Source: Deltaproteobacteria bacterium (GTDB taxonomy: Bacteria; Myxococcota; Kuafuiibacteriia; Kuafuiibacteriales; Kuafuiibacteriaceae). Taken from it: a stretch of 64,000 nucleotides of DNA. Location: the NCBI GenBank assembly GCA_040218735.1, contig JAVJQW010000033.1:96001-160000 (forward strand). Reading direction: 5' to 3'. Below, piece by piece: positions 14,198 to 23,669 of the stretch (the first letter of the stretch is position 1; each line of letters begins with the position of its first letter). The notes below the pieces were generated by a model. The model did not search any database. It was not told the origin of the DNA and saw nothing but the letters and a program-made list of their open reading frames with translations. The translations under genes were made by a program, and so were the position numbers.

Positions 14198-16255
14198 TCA
14201 GAACCAGACGCGGTAGCCGAGCTCCGCGCGGATCGTGGTGAGGTTACCCTCGAAGCGCGTCCCGCCGGGCGCCGACAACCCGTTGGCGCTCGCACCCAGG
14301 CCGTTGAGCGTCGCGCCGAGGAAGAGCGCGCCATCGCCGAGGCTGATGCCGCCCTCGACCGTCGCGCGGCCGCCGATACCGGTGTTGCTCCCGCCGCCGA
14401 GGTTCGAGCCGGACACCGAGACACCGCCGCGCTCGATGCGAACGGCGACGCCGGCACGCACGAGGAGCTCGAAGTTCTTCGAAGAGACCACCGCGAACCC
14501 GAAGTCGATCGGGAGCAGCAGCCCTGACACCGCGGTGCGGGTCTCGAGGCGCGACTCACCGACGACGAGTCGCCCGCTCGTGCTCCCGTAGACCAGCTCC
14601 AACCCGGCGCGCACCGCGAGGCGGTGGTCGAGGAGAGGCAGGCGCAGCTCGCCCATGAACCCGCCGCCGACCGTGAGGAGTGAGTCGAAGGAGCTGCCGA
14701 TGAGCGCCGCGCCGGACACACCGAACTTCGGCGACAGCCCCGCGCGCCGCCGCGTGCTCGGCAGCTCGACCTTCTTCTTCTCTTCCTTCGTTCGCAGCGC
14801 CGGCGGGGTGCCGGTCAGCTCGACCGACGTCGTCGCGCGCACCAACTCCAGCGCCTCCCCGGCGACCTTCGGCGCGGCCGGGAGCTCGGCGTACACCTCG
14901 ACGGTCGCGCCCGGAGCACCCGGCGTCCCCGGCGGTATCGACGCGCGGTAACGCCCCAGCCCCGTGCGCGTCGGCTCCAGAACGGCGCCGCCTTCGATGC
15001 GCACCTTCGGCACCGGGTGGTTCGTCAGGTTGCCGGAGGCGTCCTGCACCTCGATCGTGATCGCGCCACGTTCGTCGCGGTCGACCGCTGCGCGCTGGAC
15101 GTTCATGCGGCTCCCGAGCGCCGCGCCGAACTCGACTTCGCCGACCGCCTCCTCGTCCATCAGGATGCGCACCGACTTGGCCTCCGTCGGGCGCTCCAAC
15201 ACGAGCACCTTGGCCGTCGGCGAAACGTCGTCGGTCGCGACGAGCTTCGCGCCCTCCACTGCGATCTCCGGCCAGTAGGGGTCCCCGCCGAACGGCGCAG
15301 GCGGAATTGCGACGACGATCGACGGCCCGATACCCCCGTCCGCGACGTTCTGGCCGGGCAGGGCCATCGCGGTGCCGAGCGACACGAGCCCTGTGGGGAG
15401 GATGACGGAGAGCTCGCGGCGCTCGCCGTCGATCTCCTCGTACGCGCGGACGCGTTTGCCGTAGCGGACGATGACGTCCTCCATCACGGTGCGTCCGTCG
15501 GCGAGTGCGGTGACCGGCTCTTGTTCGATCTCCGCTCCCTCCACCGCGAGCTGCGAGCCGGGTTCGATCTCCACGCTCACCCGCACGGGCGCAAGCACAC
15601 TCACGCCAGCCTGCTCGAGCGCGTAACCGGTCGCCGACGACGCCGCGGCGAGGACGATGATGTGGCTCGGTGCGTCCGGCGGAAGGTCCGGCAACGCGAG
15701 GGTGGTCTGGACACTCAGCTGACGATCGCTCCCGTCCGCGAAGGCGGGCGCCAGCTCACCGGCGTCGGCGAAGAGCTCGAGGCGCTCGACGCTCTCGCCG
15801 CGGGTCGTGGCGGCGACGCCGACGTCGGTCGGCTTGGCGACGTTGATCGAGGCCGGCGAAGCCTGCAGCTCCAGGTCCGGCGCACGCGGCGGCGGGATGA
15901 GCAGCGTGAACGCCTCCGAGACCCGGTTGCCGTTCGACATCGTGAGCGAGATGTCGAGGATCTCGTCCACGGCCGCTCCGCGCGCGGGCGGCGTGTAGAA
16001 CATTTCGACCCGGCCGTCGCCGATTACGCGCACGCCCGTGACGCGCCCCTCGCTCGCCACGATGCGCGGGCGTTTCACCGTCGGTCCGCCGGGGCCGGAC
16101 AGCACCACGACGTGCAGCGGGATGCGCGATCGCCCGTCGGCGACGAGGTACCCCGCGCCGGGCCGCACCACGGAGAGCGTGGGCTGCTCGAGCTGCGCGG
16201 CGGCGACGGTCGGGAACGCGAGCGCCGCCGCGACGATGATCGCGGCGCGTCTCAC
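14198..16255 (-). CDS. Exported protein with invasin/Ig-like domains and C-terminal outer-membrane beta-barrel
   Basis: GTG start overlaps the rng stop; signal peptide; LVADG...YTPP Ig-like motifs; C-terminal amphipathic strands ending ELGYRVWF. Confidence 0.7.
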   Translation of the reverse strand: MRRAAIIVAAALAFPTVAAAQLEQPTLSVVRPGAGYLVADGRSRIPLHVVVLSGPGGPTVKRPRIVASEGRVTGVRVIGDGRVEMFYTPPARGAAVDEILDISLTMSNGNRVSEAFTLLIPPPRAPDLELQASPASINVAKPTDVGVAATTRGESVERLELFADAGELAPAFADGSDRQLSVQTTLALPDLPPDAPSHIIVLAAASSATGYALEQAGVSVLAPVRVSVEIEPGSQLAVEGAEIEQEPVTALADGRTVMEDVIVRYGKRVRAYEEIDGERRELSVILPTGLVSLGTAMALPGQNVADGGIGPSIVVAIPPAPFGGDPYWPEIAVEGAKLVATDDVSPTAKVLVLERPTEAKSVRILMDEEAVGEVEFGAALGSRMNVQRAAVDRDERGAITIEVQDASGNLTNHPVPKVRIEGGAVLEPTRTGLGRYRASIPPGTPGAPGATVEVYAELPAAPKVAGEALELVRATTSVELTGTPPALRTKEEKKKVELPSTRRRAGLSPKFGVSGAALIGSSFDSLLTVGGGFMGELRLPLLDHRLAVRAGLELVYGSTSGRLVVGESRLETRTAVSGLLLPIDFGFAVVSSKNFELLVRAGVAVRIERGGVSVSGSNLGGGSNTGIGGRATVEGGISLGDGALFLGATLNGLGASANGLSAPGGTRFEGNLTTIRAELGYRVWF

Positions 16256-17769
16256 GGGATAGTGCTCGTCGTTCGCACCAGGACTTCGTACGACTCCTGA
16301 TGCAGGTCGCGGCGTGCCTCGACCACGATGTTTCGTCCCAGCTGTTCCTCGAGCTTCACGAGTCGCTTCGAAGTATCCTCCCAGAGGCGGGCCGCGACCT
16401 CGGGCATCGCGCTGACCAGGATCTGACCGTCGGGGTGGAGCTGCGCCTGTCGCTTGATCTCGCGCAGGATGTCCTGACACAGCGTCGCCTTCGAGCGGAT
16501 GCGCCCGCGACCGTCGCAGTAGGGGCAGGGCTCGGTGAGCGCCTTGCCGAGCGAGGGCCGCACACGTTTGCGCGTCATCTCGATCAACCCGAAGTCGCTC
16601 ATCGTCGACACGTGGGTCTTGGCGCGGTCCTTCTCGATCTCCTCTACGAAGCAGCTGAAGACCTTCTCGCGGCTCTCGGGGAGCTGCATGTCGATGAAGT
16701 CGACGATGATGATGCCGCCGAGGTTCCTCAGGCGGATCTGCGCGGCGATCGCCTTGGCCGCTTCGAGGTTCGTCTTGAGGAGCGTCGCTTCGAGGTCCTT
16801 CGACCCGACGAAGCTCGCGGTGTTCACGTCGATCGCGGTGAGCGCCTCCGCCTCGTCGACGACGATCGCGGCGCCGCTCGGCAGCGTGATCTCACGGAGC
16901 AGCGCGCGCTCGACCTCCACCTCGAGCCCGAAGCGATCGAAGATCGGCTCCGGCTCCTCGTAGATCTCCACCCGCTCCGACAGGTGGGGCGCCGACCGGT
17001 TCAGGAGGCGCTTGATACGCTCGCCCTGCTCGGCGCTGTCGACGACCAGCGCTTCGACGTCGTCGTTGAAGAGGTCGCGGGTCGCGCGCAGGACGAGGTC
17101 GAGGTCTGCGAGGAGGAGCGCCGGGACGGGCTGCGTACGTGCGGCCTCCTCGACCTCGCGCCACAGCGAGCGAACGAACTCCATGTCCTTCGCGATGGTG
17201 TCGCTGTCGAGGCCCTCGCAGACGGTGCGAACGATGAAGCCGCCGTCCTCCGGTTGCCGGAGGGATTCGACGAGCTCGCGGAGGCGCTTGCGCTCCGCGT
17301 CCTGCGTGATCTTCCGCGACACGCCGACCTTCTGGATCGTCGGCATGTACACCACGTAGCGCCCGGGGATGGTGACGTAGCCGGTGACACGCGCGCCCTT
17401 CGTGCCGAGGGGGGCCTTCGCGACCTGAACGACGATCTGCTGGCCTTCGCTCAGGAGCTTCTCGATCGGCGGGCGCTCGCGCGGCGGGGGGACGTCGACG
17501 CTGTTTTCGATGTCTTCCGCTGCGTCGCGGGCGAGGTCTTCCTCGGTGACGATGTCGTCCACGTAGAGGAACGCTGCGCGCCCGAGCCCGATCTCCACGA
17601 ACGCCGCCTGCATCCCGGGGAGCACGCGGGTGACCTTGCCGCGGTAGACGTTGCCGACGACGCCGAGGTGATGGTCGCGCTCGATGTAGATCTCTTCGAG
17701 CACGCCGTCCCTGAGGAACGCGACGCGGGCTTCGCCGGGGGCGCGGTTGATGACGATCCGTGCGGACAT
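16252..17769 (-). CDS. rng: Ribonuclease G (Rne/Rng family)
   Basis: GNVYRGKVTRVLPGMQAAFVEIG (S1 domain), KGARVT, TAIDVNT, RLRNLGGIIIVDFIDM and CPYCDGRG Zn-link. At 505 aa it lacks the RNase E tail. Confidence 0.93.
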   Translation of the reverse strand: MSARIVINRAPGEARVAFLRDGVLEEIYIERDHHLGVVGNVYRGKVTRVLPGMQAAFVEIGLGRAAFLYVDDIVTEEDLARDAAEDIENSVDVPPPRERPPIEKLLSEGQQIVVQVAKAPLGTKGARVTGYVTIPGRYVVYMPTIQKVGVSRKITQDAERKRLRELVESLRQPEDGGFIVRTVCEGLDSDTIAKDMEFVRSLWREVEEAARTQPVPALLLADLDLVLRATRDLFNDDVEALVVDSAEQGERIKRLLNRSAPHLSERVEIYEEPEPIFDRFGLEVEVERALLREITLPSGAAIVVDEAEALTAIDVNTASFVGSKDLEATLLKTNLEAAKAIAAQIRLRNLGGIIIVDFIDMQLPESREKVFSCFVEEIEKDRAKTHVSTMSDFGLIEMTRKRVRPSLGKALTEPCPYCDGRGRIRSKATLCQDILREIKRQAQLHPDGQILVSAMPEVAARLWEDTSKRLVKLEEQLGRNIVVEARRDLHQESYEVLVRTTSTIP

Positions 17770-17816
17770 CCGCTCTCGGACCGGGACCCTAGCTCACATT
17801 TCGTGCTTCGTCGTCT

Positions 17817-18680
17817 TCACAGCCGAAACAGGGAGACCACGAGGTTCACGATGCCGTTCTCCAGCGAGAGCTCGCCGCGATCGTAGTAGTCGTACCGTCC
17901 GGCACCGGACCGCATGGCCTGTTGCTGGGCCATGGCGGCGTCGATGCGGGCCATGCGCTTCTTGGCCTCCAGATCCTCCAGCTCGCGGCGGCGGGATTCC
18001 TCCAGGCCCCCGCCTCGGATGAACTCCACGATGGCCGGGAGCTCGCCGGCGTCGAACCAGGCGCCGTGGGCCTTGCACAGGTCGATGATCACCCCGGACC
18101 GGCGCGCGTAGTTCTTCGGGGTCATGAGCTTTTCGCACTGGGGGCAGGGGATGTAGCCGTGCTGGGCGACGTCCTGGCTGGGCTTGGGCAGCTCGGCGAG
18201 GGAGAGCATCGCGGGGGCGGAGAGGGACTCGTTCTCCTGCATCCGCTCGAAAACGGTGTGGTCGAGCCACAGCCCGCCGCACTGGGTGCAGTGGTCGATC
18301 AGGACCTCCCCGGCCAGGAGGCTCTCCAGCTCGGAGGTCTTGCAGCGGGGGCAGGGCCACGACTCCTCGCGCTCCGACTTCAGGTGTCGGACCGCGGGCG
18401 CCTCGACGCGGACGCCGCAGTGCTGGCAGTGCCGCGCGCCGGCGAACATGCCGCCGAAGCAGCGCGGGCAGCGGACGACGGCGAGCGGGCTGTCGCAGTG
18501 GGCGCAGGCGCTCTGGGTGCTGTTCGTCGCCGCACCGCACTGGGGGCACTGCATGGTGTCGGCGGCTTCGGGTGGGTGGGGGAGGGTGAAGGTGACGCCG
18601 CAGCGGCAGCGGCCGCTGGTCCCCGGCGGGCGCCCCGAGACATCGTAGCGAGCGGAGCAGCCGGGGCAGTCGACGATCAT
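17817..18680 (-). CDS. Multi-zinc-ribbon protein with two zf-TFIIB-like domains
   Basis: CPGC/CRC, CPQC/CAHC, CPRC/CQHC, CPRC/CTQCGGLWLD and CPQC/CKAHGAWFDAGEL. Confidence 0.8.
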   Translation of the reverse strand: MIVDCPGCSARYDVSGRPPGTSGRCRCGVTFTLPHPPEAADTMQCPQCGAATNSTQSACAHCDSPLAVVRCPRCFGGMFAGARHCQHCGVRVEAPAVRHLKSEREESWPCPRCKTSELESLLAGEVLIDHCTQCGGLWLDHTVFERMQENESLSAPAMLSLAELPKPSQDVAQHGYIPCPQCEKLMTPKNYARRSGVIIDLCKAHGAWFDAGELPAIVEFIRGGGLEESRRRELEDLEAKKRMARIDAAMAQQQAMRSGAGRYDYYDRGELSLENGIVNLVVSLFRL

Positions 18681-18834
18681 GGAGCGAATGATAGGGGCCG
18701 GGGGCGCCCGGTAAAACGTCGCGCGCGCGATCGAAACGTGCGCACCCCATGACGCGCTGTGCAGGGTTCTGTACAACCGAGGGGGGCGTCGGTTGGGGGA
18801 GGCTCCTGGCGCGGCCCCTGCAAAAGGACTCGGC

Positions 18835-19356
18835 ATGACCTTCACGCTGCCCCTCCTCACGCTCTTGTCCGTCGCGGGCCCCGCGCCCGAGGAGGGGCCG
18901 CAAGAGCCGGTCGCGGTCGATGACGCGACGCGGCTCGCCTCGGGGCTCGAGCCGGGCGGCGAGGCGCCCGAGTGGGGCGACAGCCACGGGCTCTCGTTCT
19001 ACCTCGAGTCTGCGGCGGTCTACCTGACGGGCGTGAACGTGGAGTACCGCTACCGCTGGTTCGCGGCGCGCGCGAACGTCACCACCATCGTCGTCGGCCG
19101 GCCCCCCGTCCTCGTCGGCGGCTCGCTGTTCGGCCTCCTCTTCGAGGGCAACCACCACCTCGAGCTGGGCCTGAGCGTCGGCGTCTTCATCACCGACGAG
19201 AACATCGCGATGGTCGCGCCGTCGGTGGGCTACCGCTACCAGGCGCCCGACGGTGGCATCCTCGTGCGCGCCGGATTGTACGCCGCGAACGTCCCGTTCT
19301 TCGAGGAGCGCCGGTTCTTCCCCATCCCTCAGGCTTCGATCGGCTACGCGTTCTGA
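18835..19356 (+). CDS. Small exported beta-barrel-like protein
   Basis: Signal peptide, alternating hydrophobic strands and terminal SIGYAF. Confidence 0.65.
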   Translation: MTFTLPLLTLLSVAGPAPEEGPQEPVAVDDATRLASGLEPGGEAPEWGDSHGLSFYLESAAVYLTGVNVEYRYRWFAARANVTTIVVGRPPVLVGGSLFGLLFEGNHHLELGLSVGVFITDENIAMVAPSVGYRYQAPDGGILVRAGLYAANVPFFEERRFFPIPQASIGYAF

Positions 19357-19443
19357 GCTGGTCTCGGGGCCCGGTGCGATTTTTCTCGCCGCCCGGGGAT
19401 CATTTCTCGACGACGCCGGTCTGTCTGGGCAACGGGGACGACC

Positions 19444-19989
19444 ATGGACCGGCGTCAGGCGATCGCGAAGGCCCGTAGGGGGCGACAGAAGGGCTTTTCG
19501 TGGCTCTTCACCGCCTACCGCGGGCGGATCTTCGCGTTTGTGCGCCGGACCTACGGGCTGGACGACGCACGCGCGAGTGACGTCCTGCAGAACACCTTCG
19601 TGCGCGCGTTCAACGCGCTCGACCAGCTCGAAGACCCGGACGCTTTCGAGCCGTGGCTCCTCAAGATTGCGCGCCGCGAAGCGCTCCGCGTGATCACCGC
19701 GGCGTCGGGCCGACGTGAGACGGCCGTCGAGATCGAGGTGGAGTGCACGCGGCAGGAAGAGCTCGCGGAGCAAGCCGAGCTCGAACGGCTGCGTCGCCTG
19801 ATCCGCGAGGTCGCCGACTCGATCGAGCCGCCCGAGATCCGCGAGACGGCGCTCGCCTACTACTTCGGCGAACGCAAGACGACGGAGGCGCTCGCCGCCG
19901 AGCTCGGCGTTCCACACCCCACGGTGCGCAAGCGGCTGCACTCGTTTCGCAACAAACTCAAACGACGCCTCGCGGAGGAGACGACATGA
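19444..19989 (+). CDS. ECF RNA polymerase sigma factor
   Basis: Region 2 (ASDVLQNTFVRAF...FEPWLLKIARR) and region 4 HTH (ALAAELGVPHPTVRKRL). Confidence 0.9.
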   Translation: MDRRQAIAKARRGRQKGFSWLFTAYRGRIFAFVRRTYGLDDARASDVLQNTFVRAFNALDQLEDPDAFEPWLLKIARREALRVITAASGRRETAVEIEVECTRQEELAEQAELERLRRLIREVADSIEPPEIRETALAYYFGERKTTEALAAELGVPHPTVRKRLHSFRNKLKRRLAEETT

Positions 19990-20558
19990 ACGACCTCGAT
20001 CAGCGAATCGACCGCGCTTTGGAAGACGGCGAGACGGAGCGCGCCGCCGAGCTCCTCGCGGCGCAGCGGGCGCTCGCGGAGGATGTGACCCCGAACCTCG
20101 CGTTCGAGGACTTCGCCGGGCAGCTCCCTATCGAGCGCCGGCGCGCGTGGTGGTGGCCGGCCGCCGGGCTCCTCGCGGCTGCCGCAGCCGCGTTCCTCCT
20201 CGTGCCGCGCGGCGACGGTGTGAAGGGCCCAGGCGACGCGTGCACGCCGGTCGAGCTGCGCGTCGCGCACGAGGGCACGCAGCTCGCCCTGCACCCGACC
20301 GTGGACGATCGGTGCAGCTTCACCGTGCACGCGTTCGAGCTCGACGCCGCGCGCTGGCGGCCCGTCGGCGCAGGAGAAGCCGACGCGCTCCAGCTCGGGC
20401 CGGGGCGGTGGGTCCTCGTCGTGATCGCGTCGCGCGACGCGATCGAGCCCGAGCGCGCCGACGTCGTCGGGGTGCTCAACGCGGTCGGGCGGGGCGCCCC
20501 ACCCACGATTCGGGGCGAACCGGTGTTCGCGGACGTATACGATCTGGGGTCCCGTTGA
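19986..20558 (+). CDS. Putative membrane anti-sigma factor
   Basis: ATG overlaps the sigma stop (ATGA). Short cytoplasmic N-terminus, Ala-rich TM helix (WWWPAAGLLAAAAAAFLLV), then VKG and a small periplasmic domain. Confidence 0.7.
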   Translation: MNDLDQRIDRALEDGETERAAELLAAQRALAEDVTPNLAFEDFAGQLPIERRRAWWWPAAGLLAAAAAAFLLVPRGDGVKGPGDACTPVELRVAHEGTQLALHPTVDDRCSFTVHAFELDAARWRPVGAGEADALQLGPGRWVLVVIASRDAIEPERADVVGVLNAVGRGAPPTIRGEPVFADVYDLGSR

Positions 20559-22108
20559 AGCTGCTCCTCGCGATGTTGCTGGCCGCCCAGGCGAGCCAGG
20601 GCAAGAAGATCGCGCTCGTCGCGGGCATCGACACGTTCGCGGACGACGCGTGGCCCGCGCTGCGCTACGCCGAGAAGGACGCTCGCGATGTCGCGACCGC
20701 GCTCGCCGACGACTTCGACGAGGTGCGAACGATCGACGGCATCGTCACACGCGGTCGGCTCGAAGCTGAGCTCGCCGACCTCGAAGCGACCAGCGACTAC
20801 GACACCGTCGTCGTCTACCTCTCTACCCACGGCACCCTCGCCTACGACGACGCCGGGCAGCTCGACCGCGTGCTCGTCCTGCACGACACGACGAAGAGCG
20901 ACCCGCGGCGGACGGGCCTCGCCTACGGCGCGCTCACCGCGAGGCTCGAACGCATCCGCGCGCGCCAGAAGCTCGTCATCCTCGCGGCGTGTCACTCCGG
21001 CGCCGGGAAGTCGAAGCTCGACCCCGGCTTGGCCGCCGAGCTGTCGACGCTCAAGGACGGGTTCTTCTCCGAGCCGCACCTCGTGACCGGTGAAGGTCAG
21101 ATCATCCTCGCCGCGAGTGCGTTCGGCGAGACCGCGCGCGAAGACGACAAGCTCGAGAACGACATCTACACGCACTTCTTCCTGAAGGCGCTCGACGACG
21201 CCTTCGACCTCGACGAGGACGGCGCGATCACCGCCCTCGAAGCGCACCACTACGCGCGCCGCGAGACGATCGCCTACACCGGCGGCAAACAACGGCCGAC
21301 GCTGACCGCCGAGGTCGTCGGTGTGGATCCGATCGTCCTGCGCGGCCGACGTGTCCGCCTCGGCCGCCCGATGATCGCCGGCTTCAGCGGCCCCTTCGTC
21401 GGCGCGCGCTTGGAGGTCGACGGGCGCGAGAAGGGCGTCTTGCCGGGGACGTTCGTCGTCGAAGATGGCGCGCGTCGTGTGCGGGTCTTCAGGCCGGGCG
21501 CCGCGGAGCCCATGTTCGACGAGCTCGTCGACGCTGACGCGGGCGCGGTGGTGGTGCTCGACGATCGCGTTCGTCGCGAGGCAACGCCGTGGCGCGTGTA
21601 CGCGGGGGGCGGCTACGCCGCGGTCCGAGGTGAAGTGGGCCGGCGACACCTCCCGGGGTACTTCGTGGTCGGCGCCGGCGCGCGGTACGCGCTCCAGGAG
21701 CGCGTCGGGGTCGGCGCGTCGGTCTACGGTACGCAGATGGGGCAGAACATCCGTTTGCTCTCCGGCGACGGCGTCGAGGTCACGGCCCCGCAGACGATCG
21801 GGCTCGTCCAGGTCAGCGCCGACGTCGCGGTTCAGTTCTACTCAGTGGAGTGGGCCGATGTCGCGGCTCGAGTCCACGCCGGGTGGATCGCAGGGCGTCG
21901 ACGCGTGGAGGTTTCGACGGTGTCCGATCCCGATCGGCTCGTCTCTCACCCGTTCTTCGGAGCGGCGATCGAGGGCACCGCGTGGCCGCACCCGATGTTC
22001 GGCGTTCGCGCCGAGATCGCCGTCGATCTGTCGCTCCCGCAGGTCGACGGCGAGTTGCGCCCGACGTTCGGCGATCGCTACGGTCTGGGGGCCGTCGCGC
22101 GGTTTTGA
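20555..22108 (+). CDS. Exported caspase-family (peptidase C14) protein with PEGA-like domain and C-terminal beta-barrel
   Basis: TTG start overlaps the upstream stop; signal peptide; KIALVAGID, LRYAEKDA, YLSTHG (His), AACHSG (Cys), YTHFFLKAL and QRPT; ends YGLGAVARF. Confidence 0.85.
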   Translation: MKLLLAMLLAAQASQGKKIALVAGIDTFADDAWPALRYAEKDARDVATALADDFDEVRTIDGIVTRGRLEAELADLEATSDYDTVVVYLSTHGTLAYDDAGQLDRVLVLHDTTKSDPRRTGLAYGALTARLERIRARQKLVILAACHSGAGKSKLDPGLAAELSTLKDGFFSEPHLVTGEGQIILAASAFGETAREDDKLENDIYTHFFLKALDDAFDLDEDGAITALEAHHYARRETIAYTGGKQRPTLTAEVVGVDPIVLRGRRVRLGRPMIAGFSGPFVGARLEVDGREKGVLPGTFVVEDGARRVRVFRPGAAEPMFDELVDADAGAVVVLDDRVRREATPWRVYAGGGYAAVRGEVGRRHLPGYFVVGAGARYALQERVGVGASVYGTQMGQNIRLLSGDGVEVTAPQTIGLVQVSADVAVQFYSVEWADVAARVHAGWIAGRRRVEVSTVSDPDRLVSHPFFGAAIEGTAWPHPMFGVRAEIAVDLSLPQVDGELRPTFGDRYGLGAVARF

Positions 22109-22151
22109 TCCGCGCGCGGGATCATTTTCGATGGAGCTGGGTCTTCAGGGC

Positions 22152-23666
22152 ATGAGACGAAACCAAACCCTCCTCACCCTCACCTCCCTCCTCGCGCTCG
22201 CCTGTGGAGACCTCGGAAACGGCGGCGAACGTGAGCGTCCGCTCCATGACCTGAGCCGCTTCGCGCTCACGCAGGTCCCGGCCCCGTCGGTGGGCAACTA
22301 TCGACTCGCGGAAGCGTCGAACCCCCGAACCATCCTCACCGTCGACCAGCTCTTCGAGAAGGACGGCGACCTGTGGTCCTTCACGCGACGCTGGCAGCAG
22401 GACGAGCTCATCTTCGCGCGTCACGACGCGAGCGGCGCCGTGATCGACGAACACCGCTTCACCGAGTCCGCCTACGGGCTCGTCGTGAGCGCCACCGCCG
22501 ACGCCAACGGGAACATCTGGATCGCGGGCGGCGGTGTGGTGCAGGAGCTGAACCTCGCGACGGGGGTCGTCGGGCGGAGCTACACGACCGTGCACGCTCC
22601 GGTCGTGGTGAGCGACGGGACGAACCTCTTCCTCGGTGCGCCCGGGCTGCTCCGTTCGATCGATCCGGCGACGGGCGTGGTCGTGCGGGACTTCCAGTCG
22701 ACGATTGACGAGATCGTCGAACGACACGACTGGCAGATCAACACGATCGCGTTCACGACCAACCTCATGTTGATCGGGCTGCGCTGGCAGTTCTCGGACA
22801 TCATCGCGATCGACCGGAGCACCGGCCGCTTCGTGGGCTTCGTCGGCAACGTGCCGCGCGGTGGAAGTGAGCGGGGCGTGTTGCTGGGGCGAGGCGGGAG
22901 CCTCCTGGGGATGTTGGACGACGTCACGCTCGTCGACGTCGCGCTCGGGGCGCCGCTCCCGGAGGTGTCGGTGGACAACGCGATCGCCTTCGAACACTCC
23001 GGCGCGCGGGCGATCACGGCCGTGGGTAACGAGCTCTGGGTGCTCTACGCGGACAACGCCGGAGCGAACCTCGTCGGCTACGACGCCGCGACGCGCGTGC
23101 CGCTGTCGGGGTACGCGCTCGACCCTGCGCTCGCGCAGGAGTTGTACGACGAGGACGACGACGTCTCGCCCTTCGGGCTCACTTACGCGAACAGCGAGAT
23201 GTACGTCGTCGCGATGTCCCCAGGCCTGGACTATCTGGGGAGCCGCGTCCGCGTCATCGATCACACGACGGGCAACCTGGCGCGTTCGTTCGACGTGCCG
23301 CAGATGATGACGGGGCTGTGCCACGACGGCACCACGTTGCACGCGATCGAGACCCCCGGCGGTTTCTTGAACCCGGGCATCGCGCCGCCCGAGCTTCACG
23401 AGCTCGACGACTCGAACGGCCTGTCGCAAACGTCGCGCACCGTGGACCTCGACACGCAGGCGCTGCCTTCGCTCGTGTGTGAGACGAACGCGGTCACGGT
23501 CGGCGCTTCGGACACGCGGCTGCAGGTCCGGCTCGCGACGACGTCGACGGCCGTCGACCACGCGTCGTTCCCGCTCCTCGAGGCCGGCTCCGGCGTCGAG
23601 ATCGGAGCGAGCCTGTTCATGATCGCGCCGTCGCGGAACGTCCTGTTCGATGCGAGTCGGCCGTAG
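22152..23666 (+). CDS. Lipoprotein, probable beta-propeller domains
   Basis: Lipobox LLALAC and repeated blades (DANGNIWIAG, SDGTNLFLG, IDPATGVVVR, IDRSTG, IDHTTG). Confidence 0.75.
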   Translation: MRRNQTLLTLTSLLALACGDLGNGGERERPLHDLSRFALTQVPAPSVGNYRLAEASNPRTILTVDQLFEKDGDLWSFTRRWQQDELIFARHDASGAVIDEHRFTESAYGLVVSATADANGNIWIAGGGVVQELNLATGVVGRSYTTVHAPVVVSDGTNLFLGAPGLLRSIDPATGVVVRDFQSTIDEIVERHDWQINTIAFTTNLMLIGLRWQFSDIIAIDRSTGRFVGFVGNVPRGGSERGVLLGRGGSLLGMLDDVTLVDVALGAPLPEVSVDNAIAFEHSGARAITAVGNELWVLYADNAGANLVGYDAATRVPLSGYALDPALAQELYDEDDDVSPFGLTYANSEMYVVAMSPGLDYLGSRVRVIDHTTGNLARSFDVPQMMTGLCHDGTTLHAIETPGGFLNPGIAPPELHELDDSNGLSQTSRTVDLDTQALPSLVCETNAVTVGASDTRLQVRLATTSTAVDHASFPLLEAGSGVEIGASLFMIAPSRNVLFDASRP

Positions 23667-23669
23667 GCC

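Noticed and set aside
20147-22151. Extended N-termini in the ORF track (e.g. starts 20147, 21465, 40911, 44307, 58005) suggesting fusions or frameshifts
   Set aside because: Downstream starts give clean signal peptides and typical stop/start overlaps, so no frameshift or pseudogene is needed.
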